A stretch of 64,000 nucleotides of DNA from Phycisphaerae bacterium (lineage in GTDB: Bacteria > Planctomycetota > Phycisphaerae > UBA1845 > Fen-1342), in assembly GCA_963675745.2 (NCBI GenBank), contig CAXXWX010000005.1:32001-96000 (forward strand). The letters run 5' to 3'. Position numbers and translations under genes: made by a program. This document shows positions 1 to 9,359 of this stretch, one piece after another. The notes beneath the pieces are model-generated. The model was not told the DNA's origin. It saw only the letters and a program-made list of their open reading frames with translations, and made no database searches. Every line of letters begins with the position of its first letter. Position 1 is the first letter of the stretch.

Positions 1-14
1 TTCTTATGCGCCAT
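1..14 (-). CDS. rpmA: Probable 5' end of 50S ribosomal protein L27 (runs off window edge)
   Basis: Minus strand reads ATG GCG CAT AAG AA = MAHK(K), the typical L27 N-terminus, preceded by purine-rich GAAAGGTAG. Only 4-5 codons are visible. Confidence 0.55.
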
Positions 15-139
15 GGCGTTAAGCTACCTTTCCGTCGAAGTTACTCGCACGATTCAGAGCCCTATAGGATAGTGACGGGATGCCCTTTTGGCAAGCACAC
101 ACCGGGCGTGTTATCGGACAGTGACGCGGGGGAACGCAA

Positions 140-835
140 TCAGCGCATGATCCAACGGCGGGTCAGGAACACCGGCTTTACCGACCCACGGGCACGCTCT
201 GACCCGGGAAGCGCATAACACAGTTCCAGCGTCTTACGCAACGTGAAGTGCTGCGGGTTGACATCAATTTCACGCCCGCGACCGTCTTTGCCGACCACCG
301 TGGCTGTCTGCGGACGATCCGGGTCATACTCAGGATTGGCGATGAACCGCGTCTCGCCGCTCAGGCCGGCCACGAAAACCGTGAAGCTGTTGACGTTCAG
401 CTCACCGGCCCGCCAGATCGCAACTGACTGGCGCGCATGGTCGTCGCCGGTTTTCAGATCGCCGATTACCTTCGTCGGGTGCATCAGGTAGCGGTGTGTC
501 AGTCTGTGGCGTTCCTTGATCGCCTGAAACACCAGCGGACTGATACCCATATCCGTGTCGATCACCCGCAGATCTTCAGTCACAAGCTGAAACAACGGGA
601 AAAACGGCTGCGTGCGATGGCCGGGGTTCGTCACGGTGTAGACCATATACCAATACACAGTGGGGCTGGTGTGCCCGGGAAGCTGCACGGCGATCCGCTG
701 CGGATGCGTGAACTCGAACTCGAATTCCCAGGCAACTGGTGTCGGCGACGGTTCAGGACCACTGCCTACGCGCGCGTCATCCGCCGTCGGTGCCGCCGTC
801 GTGGAAAAGAGCACAGCCAGAACCAATGAGAACAT
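140..835 (-). CDS. Exported conserved hypothetical protein
   Basis: 231 aa ORF with a signal-peptide-like N-terminus and a YWYMVYTVTN motif; starts 9 bp after the HEAT gene stop. Confidence 0.8.
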   Translation of the reverse strand: MFSLVLAVLFSTTAAPTADDARVGSGPEPSPTPVAWEFEFEFTHPQRIAVQLPGHTSPTVYWYMVYTVTNPGHRTQPFFPLFQLVTEDLRVIDTDMGISPLVFQAIKERHRLTHRYLMHPTKVIGDLKTGDDHARQSVAIWRAGELNVNSFTVFVAGLSGETRFIANPEYDPDRPQTATVVGKDGRGREIDVNPQHFTLRKTLELCYALPGSERARGSVKPVFLTRRWIMR

Positions 836-844
836 CTGTCGCTC

Positions 845-3301
845 CTAGCCGCCGTACGTGTTGCGGATGATCTGACTGGCCGGGTTCCCAGGCAGATTGA
901 GCGCCCCGAGCGCCTGCGAGGCCGCCGTCCGGATCACCATATTCTCATCGCTTTCGGCGATCTTGATCAGCGCGTCCACGTGCGCCGGATCGAGCAACGC
1001 GCCGTTTCGCTTCGCCGCCTCGGCCAAGGCGCCGAACATGGCGACACGCATCGGTTCGGCCGTTTCCGTATCGAGGGCGATCAAGGCAACGGCATTCTGA
1101 GCACCGCCTGAGTGAATGTGCGCCAGTACGTTCGCGACCGCGATGCGCAGCTCGTCATCTTCGGTGGACAGCGCATTCAACAGCGCGACTTCCAACTCCG
1201 CCGGCGAGAACAGGGGGTTGTTGCCAGCCGCGAACAGCCGCAGAACTTCGACCGCCTCCTTGGCCAGCGCCACACCGCGATCGGCCGTGATCGACTCCGC
1301 GCCGACCGCGCCGGACACTTGCGCCACGACCTCGTTGATCTCCTCGGCTTCGTCGCCAGGATGAGTCTCACCCAGCCGATGATCAGCGCGTACCAGATCG
1401 CGCACGCGCCCCTGTTGGGCCTCCTTGGTGATGATCACCACCGGCGTCGCAGCGAAGCGGAATTCACCACGCAGAGACTCGAGTGCCCCGGCCAGGTCGG
1501 GATTCGACACATCTGACGCCAGGAAAATGACGTCGATGCCCGGCGTCTGTTCACGGGCCTGCTGCAAACCGGACAGCAGCTCGTTTGTGACGATCACCGC
1601 GTAACCCTCGTCGCGCAACGCCCCCGCAATCACATTCGCTGAACCGCTGTCCGGGTCCACGATCAGGGCGTCGCGCATGCCCGCGTGCAGGTTCAGCGTT
1701 TCTCCCAACACCGGCATCAGGTTCTGGTAGTCCTTGAATATCTCCGCCGGCTGAGCGAAACCCAACGCCAGCGCCGCCTGAATGCGTACCATTCGGTTGG
1801 GGAACGACAGTGCCTGAGCCAACGGTGGTGCGGCGTGTTCGCCGCTGAACAGGCTCGCCGGTCCGGCCGTCTTGCGCAGGGCCGCAATTGCGCCGAGTGC
1901 CACTGCGGGGTCGCCGTCCTTCAGCGCACGCGCCAAGGCGCGCTGGCAATACTCAGCGCCGGCGGACTGGGCGAAGTAGACTCCCGTGGGGAACACATCA
2001 GGGCGTGTGTTGTCGGTCCGGTCACCCAGTTGTGCTTCGCGCCGCAAATTAGCCGCCAGCCAGAGCGACAGGGCCTCTGTATGGTCCGGATTGAGCAGCA
2101 GTGCCTTTTCGCACAGCCGCATGGCCATCACTTCGTTGAAGATATCCGTCGGCACTTCGACATTCTGGAGAATGTCGTCACGCCAATACCACACGTTGGC
2201 CCACTCCAACAGCGGGTCGGCGGCCACCGTGCGATGGTCGTCGTAGTACATTTCCGCCAGACCCAGCATCGCATCGGCGGCGTCCTTGACCGCGTCACCC
2301 TGGGTACCGCTCACCGCGAGCTCGTCAAGCGCTGCGCGCGCCGCGGTGCGCACCTGGGGGGCGGTCTCATCCTCGGCAAGCAGTTGCAGCAAATACGGTG
2401 CCGCCTGAATGTAGCCGATTTGCCCCAGAGCCTTGATGATGTACAGCTTGACCGTGTCATCATCCAGCTCGAGCGCCGCCACCAGCGGATTCAACGCCGG
2501 GCGATCAATCTGCGGCAGGCAGCGCAAGATCGGCAAAAGCAACTCCTGCCGATCCGGGTCACGCAGGGCTTCAATCAAAAACGGTGGGGCGTACTCACCA
2601 GAGTCCTTCAGCAGGGCAACGCCGTTCTCGAAGGCGCGCGGCGGCCCGCCGAGGCGCTCGATATTGCGTTTGATGCGCACCGGGTCGGATTTGACAATGC
2701 GCTCCCCCTCGCGCAGTGCCGCCAGCACGTTGCGCACCGGTTCGCCCATGACGGGATGACCGGCGAGCTGCACCAGGATGGCGTGTCGCCGCGGCAGGCG
2801 ATCGGCGAATTCCAGCAATGCGACCGGATCAACCTCGCTTTTGAACAGCTCGCGGAAGTTCGCGGCCGCAACATCGAACCGTCCGATTGACGCGAAGTAC
2901 CAGCCGTCGTCGGCCTGGTTCATCTGTTCGCGCCCGGCGCGCAGCAACTCGACGACCCGGCCCGCGTTTTCACCCAGCTCTTCCTGGTCGTAATCCTGTT
3001 CGAGCAGCAGCACCGCCCCACCGCTTGCCGCGCGCTGAGTGGTGTGTTCTTCGAGCAGCGCCATGCGCAGTGGCGAAGGATCCGTCTCCAGGAGTTCGCC
3101 AAATGCGGCTTCAACAGGTTCCTGGTCCTGGGCCAGCACTGCCTTGAGCGCGGCTTGCCAGCGCTCCCACGCCTGAGCCGCACGCCCGGTCACGAATTCG
3201 TCGGTCTGCGTCTGGGCCACTGCCGGAGTGGCTGCCATCGCGATTGCCGATATGACCAGGACTGAGCTCAGGGGACGAACGACGCGCGTCAAAACACCCA
3301 T
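845..3301 (-). CDS. Exported HEAT-repeat protein with receiver-like domain
   Basis: GGAGG RBS before ATG 3301; signal peptide ending AVAQ; HEAT-like helices (IIKALGQIG, VRIQAALALG, IRTAASQALG); REC-like segment ALIVDPD...IDVIFLASD...PVVIITK. Confidence 0.8.
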   Translation of the reverse strand: MGVLTRVVRPLSSVLVISAIAMAATPAVAQTQTDEFVTGRAAQAWERWQAALKAVLAQDQEPVEAAFGELLETDPSPLRMALLEEHTTQRAASGGAVLLLEQDYDQEELGENAGRVVELLRAGREQMNQADDGWYFASIGRFDVAAANFRELFKSEVDPVALLEFADRLPRRHAILVQLAGHPVMGEPVRNVLAALREGERIVKSDPVRIKRNIERLGGPPRAFENGVALLKDSGEYAPPFLIEALRDPDRQELLLPILRCLPQIDRPALNPLVAALELDDDTVKLYIIKALGQIGYIQAAPYLLQLLAEDETAPQVRTAARAALDELAVSGTQGDAVKDAADAMLGLAEMYYDDHRTVAADPLLEWANVWYWRDDILQNVEVPTDIFNEVMAMRLCEKALLLNPDHTEALSLWLAANLRREAQLGDRTDNTRPDVFPTGVYFAQSAGAEYCQRALARALKDGDPAVALGAIAALRKTAGPASLFSGEHAAPPLAQALSFPNRMVRIQAALALGFAQPAEIFKDYQNLMPVLGETLNLHAGMRDALIVDPDSGSANVIAGALRDEGYAVIVTNELLSGLQQAREQTPGIDVIFLASDVSNPDLAGALESLRGEFRFAATPVVIITKEAQQGRVRDLVRADHRLGETHPGDEAEEINEVVAQVSGAVGAESITADRGVALAKEAVEVLRLFAAGNNPLFSPAELEVALLNALSTEDDELRIAVANVLAHIHSGGAQNAVALIALDTETAEPMRVAMFGALAEAAKRNGALLDPAHVDALIKIAESDENMVIRTAASQALGALNLPGNPASQIIRNTYGG

Positions 3302-3522
3302 TAGCCACCTCCACGCGGCGCTGTGGTTGGGAGGGCAACGCGCCGCCGAGTGCATGCTGATAACCGTTGCGGATTATAAATCGGGGGCCGACCCTGTCAA
3401 ACCGACCCGGCGCCGTGGTACGCCCTGGAGTCTCACGGTATGGGGACCCGTTTGGCCAGTGGCATGCCGTCCCGGGCACACGGCTGGCGCTGACCAGCGG
3501 TGTGCCCGGCGGCATGCGCTTG

Positions 3523-4578
3523 TCAGATCGGCTGGTAGTTTATCCAATCCCGCACGAGGAACTCGAAACGTCCCACGAGCAGCGCGATACGGCCCATGAC
3601 CGTGAAACCGAAGCCGGCGCCGAACGTGACCATCAATACCCAGACGCCTATGCGCGAGATCCTCCCGACCACCCCTTTGTGCTCCAGTGAGAAGAAGAAA
3701 TACACCAGTGTCGCGAAGAGCCCGAGCAGCAACACGACGTTCTTCAGCGAGAAGTAAAACGCCAATCCGAAATCATAGGGTTGCCCGGCATCAATGCCAT
3801 CCCGCGTGACGACCAAGGGTGCGGTCGCGGCGCTAATCTGCGCTACAAAGTCCGCCTGGAGGTACGCCACCATGCGGAGGCCGGCGGTGCCACCGATCAC
3901 GAACGCCAGCGGCCAGCGCGAGATCCACTGCCCCGACGGGGCCAGCCGCCAAAGCAGCATGACACCCAGCACCATTGGAATCCAATACCACCAGTTCATC
4001 AGCAGATACCACGGGGCATTGAGTCCCTGACCCACCGCCGCGCCGTAGTCCACTATTCCCCACTGGCTCAACCAGTTTTCCGCCGCCAGCTTCTCGACCC
4101 ACTCATCGAGTGGATGTCCGGGGGCGAGGTTGAATTTCACGAATCGCGGGAACAAGCGCCCGATGCCGATCGGCACCGCCATGTTCCAGAAGGTGACGAC
4201 CATCCAGTACGCCGCCGACGCCCCGACAAAGATACTCTCGGCCAGGCGGTAGAAGGGACTGTCCTTGTACAGGAAGGAGAGGATGCACAGCGTGAAGAAC
4301 GCCGCCAGCCAGACGCCGATCGTGCGGACCGGGCTGAACTGGACGTTCTTCTCCAGCTCGGCAAGCTGCGTCTGCCTGTCGGCGTCAGTGAGCGACTCAT
4401 CGTGCATGATCTGTGTACGCCGCTGCTCCAGGTCGCCGGTCGTAACGGTGGTGCGCTTGATGGTCTTGCCCTCACCGATGACCTCGTACTGGCCAGTGCC
4501 CATGCCGCCCAACAGGGCCCTGACCAGGATCAGGATCACACCGGCTGCGATAATGAAAACGCCGATCTTGCGTCCCAT
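3523..4578 (-). CDS. Polytopic membrane protein of unknown function (operon gene E)
   Basis: About 8 hydrophobic segments; motifs SFLYKDSPFYRLAESIFVG and MVTFGAGFGFTVMGR; ATG 1 bp from the upstream stop. Confidence 0.85.
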   Translation of the reverse strand: MGRKIGVFIIAAGVILILVRALLGGMGTGQYEVIGEGKTIKRTTVTTGDLEQRRTQIMHDESLTDADRQTQLAELEKNVQFSPVRTIGVWLAAFFTLCILSFLYKDSPFYRLAESIFVGASAAYWMVVTFWNMAVPIGIGRLFPRFVKFNLAPGHPLDEWVEKLAAENWLSQWGIVDYGAAVGQGLNAPWYLLMNWWYWIPMVLGVMLLWRLAPSGQWISRWPLAFVIGGTAGLRMVAYLQADFVAQISAATAPLVVTRDGIDAGQPYDFGLAFYFSLKNVVLLLGLFATLVYFFFSLEHKGVVGRISRIGVWVLMVTFGAGFGFTVMGRIALLVGRFEFLVRDWINYQPI

Positions 4579-4579
4579 G

Positions 4580-5488
4580 TTATTGAACCTCGCGTGCGCT
4601 GCGTTGCATGGCCAGGATGATGTTGCCGACAATGATCAGCACGAGAATCAGGCAGTGGGCGATGAGCTGTGGGCCCATGCGATTTATGCCCTGCGTGAAC
4701 TCGATGCGCGGCTTGAGCTTGTCCGCCGCCGTCGTGCTGTACGTCGGCCCGTACGTGTACTCGGGGTACTTCTTGCCGAGAAGAAACTCGTATTCGGCGG
4801 CACTTTTGATCGCCCCCAAAAGGCCTTTCATCTGTCCCGGGTAGTACGGATATAGCAGCGGAGCCTGCACTCCCGTGCAACCGCCGATCACGTCGATGTT
4901 GTAGGGCGTGCCGGCGTATTGGACCCACTCCTTGGTGCCGGGGTAGCCGGCGCTGACGCTGATGATCAGGTCCATGTCCTGGACGCTGGTGATCTTCTTC
5001 GTCATGGGGATATCGTTGAGGCTCTTGCCGCGCCGGTCGGTGTTGAAGAGGTTCTTCAGGTTCGTGACGATGACCTTGATGACCCCTTCGTTTCCGGTGC
5101 GGAACGTGAGATTGACGTAATCTTCGCCCTCAACCAGGTCGGGGAAATCCTTGTGAAGCACCTGGCTGACGGTGTCCTGCACCATGTTCACCCCCAGCGG
5201 CCACAGCGCCATGAAGTACATCTTGTGGCCCTTCTGGGCACAGTGCCAGGTGAACGATGTGGCCATCGGCTGCAACTCCGGGGCGCTGCCCGGGTCATAG
5301 TCGAAAGCCAGCAGAATCTTCGATCCCGATGGAAGCTCTTCCACCGCATCAAAGGCATCCTGCACCAGCAGCGATGGAATCTGCCATGACTGCATCGGGA
5401 ACAGCACCGGGATGATGACGGCGATTCCCATCAGCAGGAAAACCCAGCGGCGATCCAGGCTAATCAGGTGTTGAACCAACGAGGCCAC
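4580..5488 (-). CDS. Membrane-anchored protein of unknown function (operon gene D)
   Basis: N-terminal TM (DRRWVFLLM), soluble alpha/beta middle (FDYDPGSAPELQPMA; GLLGAIKSAAEYE), C-terminal TM. Confidence 0.85.
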   Translation of the reverse strand: MASLVQHLISLDRRWVFLLMGIAVIIPVLFPMQSWQIPSLLVQDAFDAVEELPSGSKILLAFDYDPGSAPELQPMATSFTWHCAQKGHKMYFMALWPLGVNMVQDTVSQVLHKDFPDLVEGEDYVNLTFRTGNEGVIKVIVTNLKNLFNTDRRGKSLNDIPMTKKITSVQDMDLIISVSAGYPGTKEWVQYAGTPYNIDVIGGCTGVQAPLLYPYYPGQMKGLLGAIKSAAEYEFLLGKKYPEYTYGPTYSTTAADKLKPRIEFTQGINRMGPQLIAHCLILVLIIVGNIILAMQRSAREVQ

Positions 5489-5491
5489 GGC

Positions 5492-6532
5492 TTACCCCTT
5501 GTCTGAGCCAAGATATGACCGGTCGATTCCCAGTAGCACCTTCAGCGATGTCGCCACGATGCCCAGCGCAATCCCGATCATGATCGCGCGGTTGCCGGCC
5601 GTGTTGAATGTGAGCATGATCCAGTCCGCCAGATTCTCGATGCGGAAAAACGACAGGAAACCTGTCTTCGGCAGGGGATACGTGATGGCCGCGCCGGCAG
5701 CCGTCCGCCCCAGCAGAATGATGAACGCCGTGCCCAGCAGCATCACTGACTCGGCGTTGCGCGCCCGGAATGCACGGAACGCCGCCGACGCCACGTAGAA
5801 CGCCAGCATGGCGAACATCGTTGCCTGCAACGGGCGATAGACGCTGGAATAGATAAACCAGAACGCCGACCCGTCGTAGATATGATCGCCGGTCATCCAG
5901 CCATAAGGCTGCAATTCAGCCGACAGTGAGCCGATTTTGACGCTGATCGGCTCGTACACGGGCACGTCCGCCGGGTCCTGCCCCGGCCGGGCGATGACCT
6001 CGGGAATGTAATACTCCGCGAGGAAGGCGTTTTCGGGCTGTTCATCATCGCTCGCCCACGCCAACGTCATGTCGGCGTTGCCTTTCGCGTCCGTCTCGAT
6101 TTCGGCACGCCGCACACCGGCGATTTCGATCGGCAGCGTCGCGTCTGCTTCCGCCCCGCGCAGGCTGATGGTCAACTCGCGCGCTTCCGATGTTCCATCA
6201 AACGTGATGAGCGCGATTTGCCTGTCCTGTTGCGGGATGGCGTGCAATCCGGTCTGTGGCGGCACACCTACTTTGCCGATACCGACGATCAACGTCACCG
6301 CAAAGGCCGTCACGGTGACGGCGCTATAGCCCCAGCCCTCGGTCTTCTTGTAGATCTTCTCACCGTGCGAGCGGAGCAGGTTTCCGCCGCCGAGGATGAA
6401 GGCGAAGGCTGCGATGATGTCGAAGTAGACCGCGGTTTCTTCCGACAGCTTTCGGATGTTCGGGATGAACGCCGAGAGTATCAGAATGAAGCCGACAGCC
6501 GCCGTGATTAGCAGAGGTACGTTTCTTTTCAC
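5492..6532 (-). CDS. Polytopic membrane protein of unknown function (operon gene C)
   Basis: GTG 6532 after AGGAG; 3 TMs, a large loop, then PLQATMFAMLAFYVASAAFRAFR and RAIMIGIALG...LLGIDRSYLG. Confidence 0.85.
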   Translation of the reverse strand: MKRNVPLLITAAVGFILILSAFIPNIRKLSEETAVYFDIIAAFAFILGGGNLLRSHGEKIYKKTEGWGYSAVTVTAFAVTLIVGIGKVGVPPQTGLHAIPQQDRQIALITFDGTSEARELTISLRGAEADATLPIEIAGVRRAEIETDAKGNADMTLAWASDDEQPENAFLAEYYIPEVIARPGQDPADVPVYEPISVKIGSLSAELQPYGWMTGDHIYDGSAFWFIYSSVYRPLQATMFAMLAFYVASAAFRAFRARNAESVMLLGTAFIILLGRTAAGAAITYPLPKTGFLSFFRIENLADWIMLTFNTAGNRAIMIGIALGIVATSLKVLLGIDRSYLGSDKG

Positions 6533-6551
6533 GTCAGTGCGCTCCTGGTCG

Positions 6552-8090
6552 TCACTCGGCCACTTCGAGCAGGTTGTTGCGGACAAAATCGAGCACAGCG
6601 CCCACCCAGCTATACTTGGCCTCCCCCAGCATCACCATCGTCGAGAGCAAGACGCCGACCACAATGAACAGCGCGACGATGATCTTGCCAATGTCCTGGC
6701 CCTTCAGGCTGCCGAGCTGGTGGGGTTCGCCGGACAGGTAAGCCGACGCCGCGAAGAACTCCTCGCCGATCAGCGTATAGTCACACGCCGCGACAAAGAA
6801 CGGGAGCTGTGCGGGCATGGCCGTGCCGGCGATCTGAATGGCACCGGTTTCGTTGGCGGTCTCGGCCAGAATCAGCGACTCGGCGTAAAAGGCCCCCATG
6901 TAGAAGCAGGTGGCCGGCCGCTTGCGGACCATGGCCCCCGTCACCGCCGCCACGTAGCCAAACTGCTCGTCCGTAGTGTAGTAGATCTGCTTGTCGCTAT
7001 ATGCGTCGGGACGGCCCGCGTTGTCATAGCTGGTCTTGACGATCTCACGCGCCGTCGTCATCACAAGTGAGCGGCTCGTGGGCACCTCCAGCATCGCGTC
7101 GTGCTCCGCCGCCGTCTTGGCGACCCGGCCGAGGATGATCAGGCCGGCGATCGTCTGGATGTCGGTGATGTCCTGGATGCCCGGCACGAACATGATCGGC
7201 CGGCCCATCTCAGTGGCGCGCCCGACGGCCTCATCGACGGCTTCCAGACCCGCGATCTTGCGGATGTAGATGTCCTTGCCGCTTCTGACCTGCTCGATGT
7301 AGAAAACCACCGCCCCGCAGATCACCAGCATGAAAACAAAGAACGGGATTTTGCGCGAGTGGAACCAGCCGCCGCGCGTCTGCGTCACGTTGGTTGTCAA
7401 CGTGGCCAACGGCCCGGCATCCGCCGGCGTCTCGCCATCCGCGGCCGGCAGCACCGTGACCCGATACCGGTAGCGCTTGCCGATGCGGAGGTTTTTGTCA
7501 TCCTCCAATCGGCGGTCGGCGGCGGGCGCCACGGCCAGCGTCTCCCACTCGCCGGCCTCTTCGTCAGCCTCGCCCATGACCTGCTGCCGTTCGACCTTGT
7601 ACGACCCGGCCCGCTGATCCTGTTTCCACACCACAATCAGCTTGAGTCCGTCATCATCGGGATAGTCGAACGCGGCGGCCCGCGGTACGACCATCAGCAA
7701 CCGGCTTTGAATGGTATCAAGCGCTGACGCCACGTCCCCTTCAGCCAACCCGAACTCTGTGTCATCGAGCCGGTGGTCGGGATAATCAAAATTGTGCAGC
7801 GCGTCATAGGTGTCCTGCCAGACGTCATCCGGCAGGTCGGCATCAGCCTCCTGCAACAGGCCGCGCGCCGAGCGCAGGGCAAGAAACATGCGATCGCGAT
7901 CCGCCAGGCTTTCGTATACATCCCAGACGTCGCGAATCTTGCCCTCATCCTCGAAGACCCGGGCGCTTGCCCCGGCAGCCATGCGCACGTCCGTTGCGTC
8001 CGGAGCCTCCTCCTGGGCCGCTGCCAGCAGCGGTATGGTCAGCATCACCGCGCAGCCGGCCAGCAGCCGGCACTTTCGTCTCCAGGTCAT
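6552..8090 (-). CDS. FN3-like + DUF6754-like membrane protein (operon gene B)
   Basis: ATG 8090 after GAGGAAG; signal peptide; FN3-like segment (LIVVW...YKVER...YRYRVTV); TM; IRKIAGLEAVDEAVGRATEMGRP and QLPFFVAACDYTLIGEEFFAASAYLS recognised as DUF6754-like; C-terminal TM. Confidence 0.85.
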   Translation of the reverse strand: MTWRRKCRLLAGCAVMLTIPLLAAAQEEAPDATDVRMAAGASARVFEDEGKIRDVWDVYESLADRDRMFLALRSARGLLQEADADLPDDVWQDTYDALHNFDYPDHRLDDTEFGLAEGDVASALDTIQSRLLMVVPRAAAFDYPDDDGLKLIVVWKQDQRAGSYKVERQQVMGEADEEAGEWETLAVAPAADRRLEDDKNLRIGKRYRYRVTVLPAADGETPADAGPLATLTTNVTQTRGGWFHSRKIPFFVFMLVICGAVVFYIEQVRSGKDIYIRKIAGLEAVDEAVGRATEMGRPIMFVPGIQDITDIQTIAGLIILGRVAKTAAEHDAMLEVPTSRSLVMTTAREIVKTSYDNAGRPDAYSDKQIYYTTDEQFGYVAAVTGAMVRKRPATCFYMGAFYAESLILAETANETGAIQIAGTAMPAQLPFFVAACDYTLIGEEFFAASAYLSGEPHQLGSLKGQDIGKIIVALFIVVGVLLSTMVMLGEAKYSWVGAVLDFVRNNLLEVAE

Positions 8091-8150
8091 TTCGCTTCCT
8101 CGAAGAGGCTGCGCCTTGGGCCCGCGCCTACCATGTTCGCGCACCGTTCG

Positions 8151-8603
8151 TCAGCTTTCGCGCTCCTCAGCAGTGGACACGCCACCCGACGTTTCCCGCT
8201 GCCCGCGCACCTTGGGTTCGTCCGCAAGCTCCTCGATCCGGCGGCAAAGCGTCTCGATGCTGCCGCGTTTCTCGAGAAACCCAGTCAGTGTCTTATACTG
8301 TTCGGGGTCGAATACAAGCCGGGCCAGCGGGGCGATGAACACCAGAAACTGGCTGGCCACGTAATTGAGTGGGCGACTGCACTCCAGGAACATCAGCGCC
8401 GGCGGCGCCATGCCGCGCCGGACGACAGCCTCCGCCAGCCGGTCCACCAGCAGTTGCTCAGATTCGGTCGGTTTGACGGGCCCGGGGGGATCGACCGCGA
8501 ACGCGTGCTTGAGCCGGCCCAGCAGGCTCCCGTCGCGCTGAGCCTCGACACTGCCGCGAGATGCCGCGCTGCCCGGTCTTGTGGTCGTTGGCGAATCGTC
8601 CAT
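8151..8603 (-). CDS. Small conserved hypothetical protein (operon gene A)
   Basis: 150 aa; amphipathic core RRGMAPPALMFLECSRPLNYVASQFLVFIAP; 60 bp upstream of gene B on the same strand. Confidence 0.75.
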   Translation of the reverse strand: MDDSPTTTRPGSAASRGSVEAQRDGSLLGRLKHAFAVDPPGPVKPTESEQLLVDRLAEAVVRRGMAPPALMFLECSRPLNYVASQFLVFIAPLARLVFDPEQYKTLTGFLEKRGSIETLCRRIEELADEPKVRGQRETSGGVSTAEERES

Positions 8604-8746
8604 TACCGCCCGCTGTCACTTCAAACCCCCGGGTCAATTTCTCAACCAGAACGCGGAATGTTACCCGCAGCGCCGAGGCCTGTCACGTGTCGAGGCGCGA
8701 GATTCTTCGTCCGGCGTGGCCGGCGATCCTTACACGTCTCTAACTT

Positions 8747-9235
8747 TCAGTCCGCCGCCTCTTCGGCGCGGGCAACCACGCCCTCCGGGAGACACTCGCG
8801 TATGCGGCGCAGGACGGCATCGCGCTGCCTGCCAAACAGAATGTGGATGCCGCGTCGCCCTTCGCGCCACGAACGCCGGCTCAACGGTGATAGCCAGGCT
8901 CCGCGCGAGCCAAAGGCGCACAGCCGCACCTCAGACCAGCTCAACCGCCGACTGCCAAAAAGCGTGTTGACCACTATCTGTTCGCGGCTTATCTCGTAGC
9001 CCGTCGCAAAAAAGAACCTGTGCAGTACCAGGCACAGCAACACCGCCGCACCGATTCCCGCCGCTCGTGCCTCCGCGAGCTGGCTCACCAGCACCGCCAG
9101 CGCGCCGATCACAATCAGAGCGGCCACGGTCGCCAGCGGACGCTCACGCGCCGGATGTGACTGCCAGCTAAGAATCGCCACATCGTCGGTCGAACCGGCG
9201 TCCTGCGATTGATCTGTCGGCGCTGCCCCGTTCAT
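8747..9235 (-). CDS. Two-TM hypothetical protein with bacterial PH-like tail
   Basis: Two hydrophobic helices followed by YEISREQIVV...RRLSWSEV. Confidence 0.65.
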   Translation of the reverse strand: MNGAAPTDQSQDAGSTDDVAILSWQSHPARERPLATVAALIVIGALAVLVSQLAEARAAGIGAAVLLCLVLHRFFFATGYEISREQIVVNTLFGSRRLSWSEVRLCAFGSRGAWLSPLSRRSWREGRRGIHILFGRQRDAVLRRIRECLPEGVVARAEEAAD

Positions 9236-9323
9236 GCCACACATCATAACGCAATGGGCCGTGTGTGGCCGCAGGCGCTGCGGCAAAGACCGTGTGGCAA
9301 CCAGATGCCGGGTCTTGCTTGAG

Positions 9324-9353
9324 TTGACCGCCTGCGACCACCTGTGCTAGCCT
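9324..9353 (+). promoter_or_regulatory. Possible sigma70 promoter, leaderless arrangement
   Basis: TTGACC-N18-TAGCCT with an extended TG; ATG 9360 lies 6 bp after the -10. Confidence 0.4.
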
Positions 9354-9359
9354 TACGGA

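Noticed and set aside
1685..2890. Long antisense ORFs (also 7773-8999, 15923-17182, 51501-52865, 56826-58112, 59138-60844)
   Set aside because: Shadow ORFs opposite well-supported genes, expected at high GC; no recognisable motifs.
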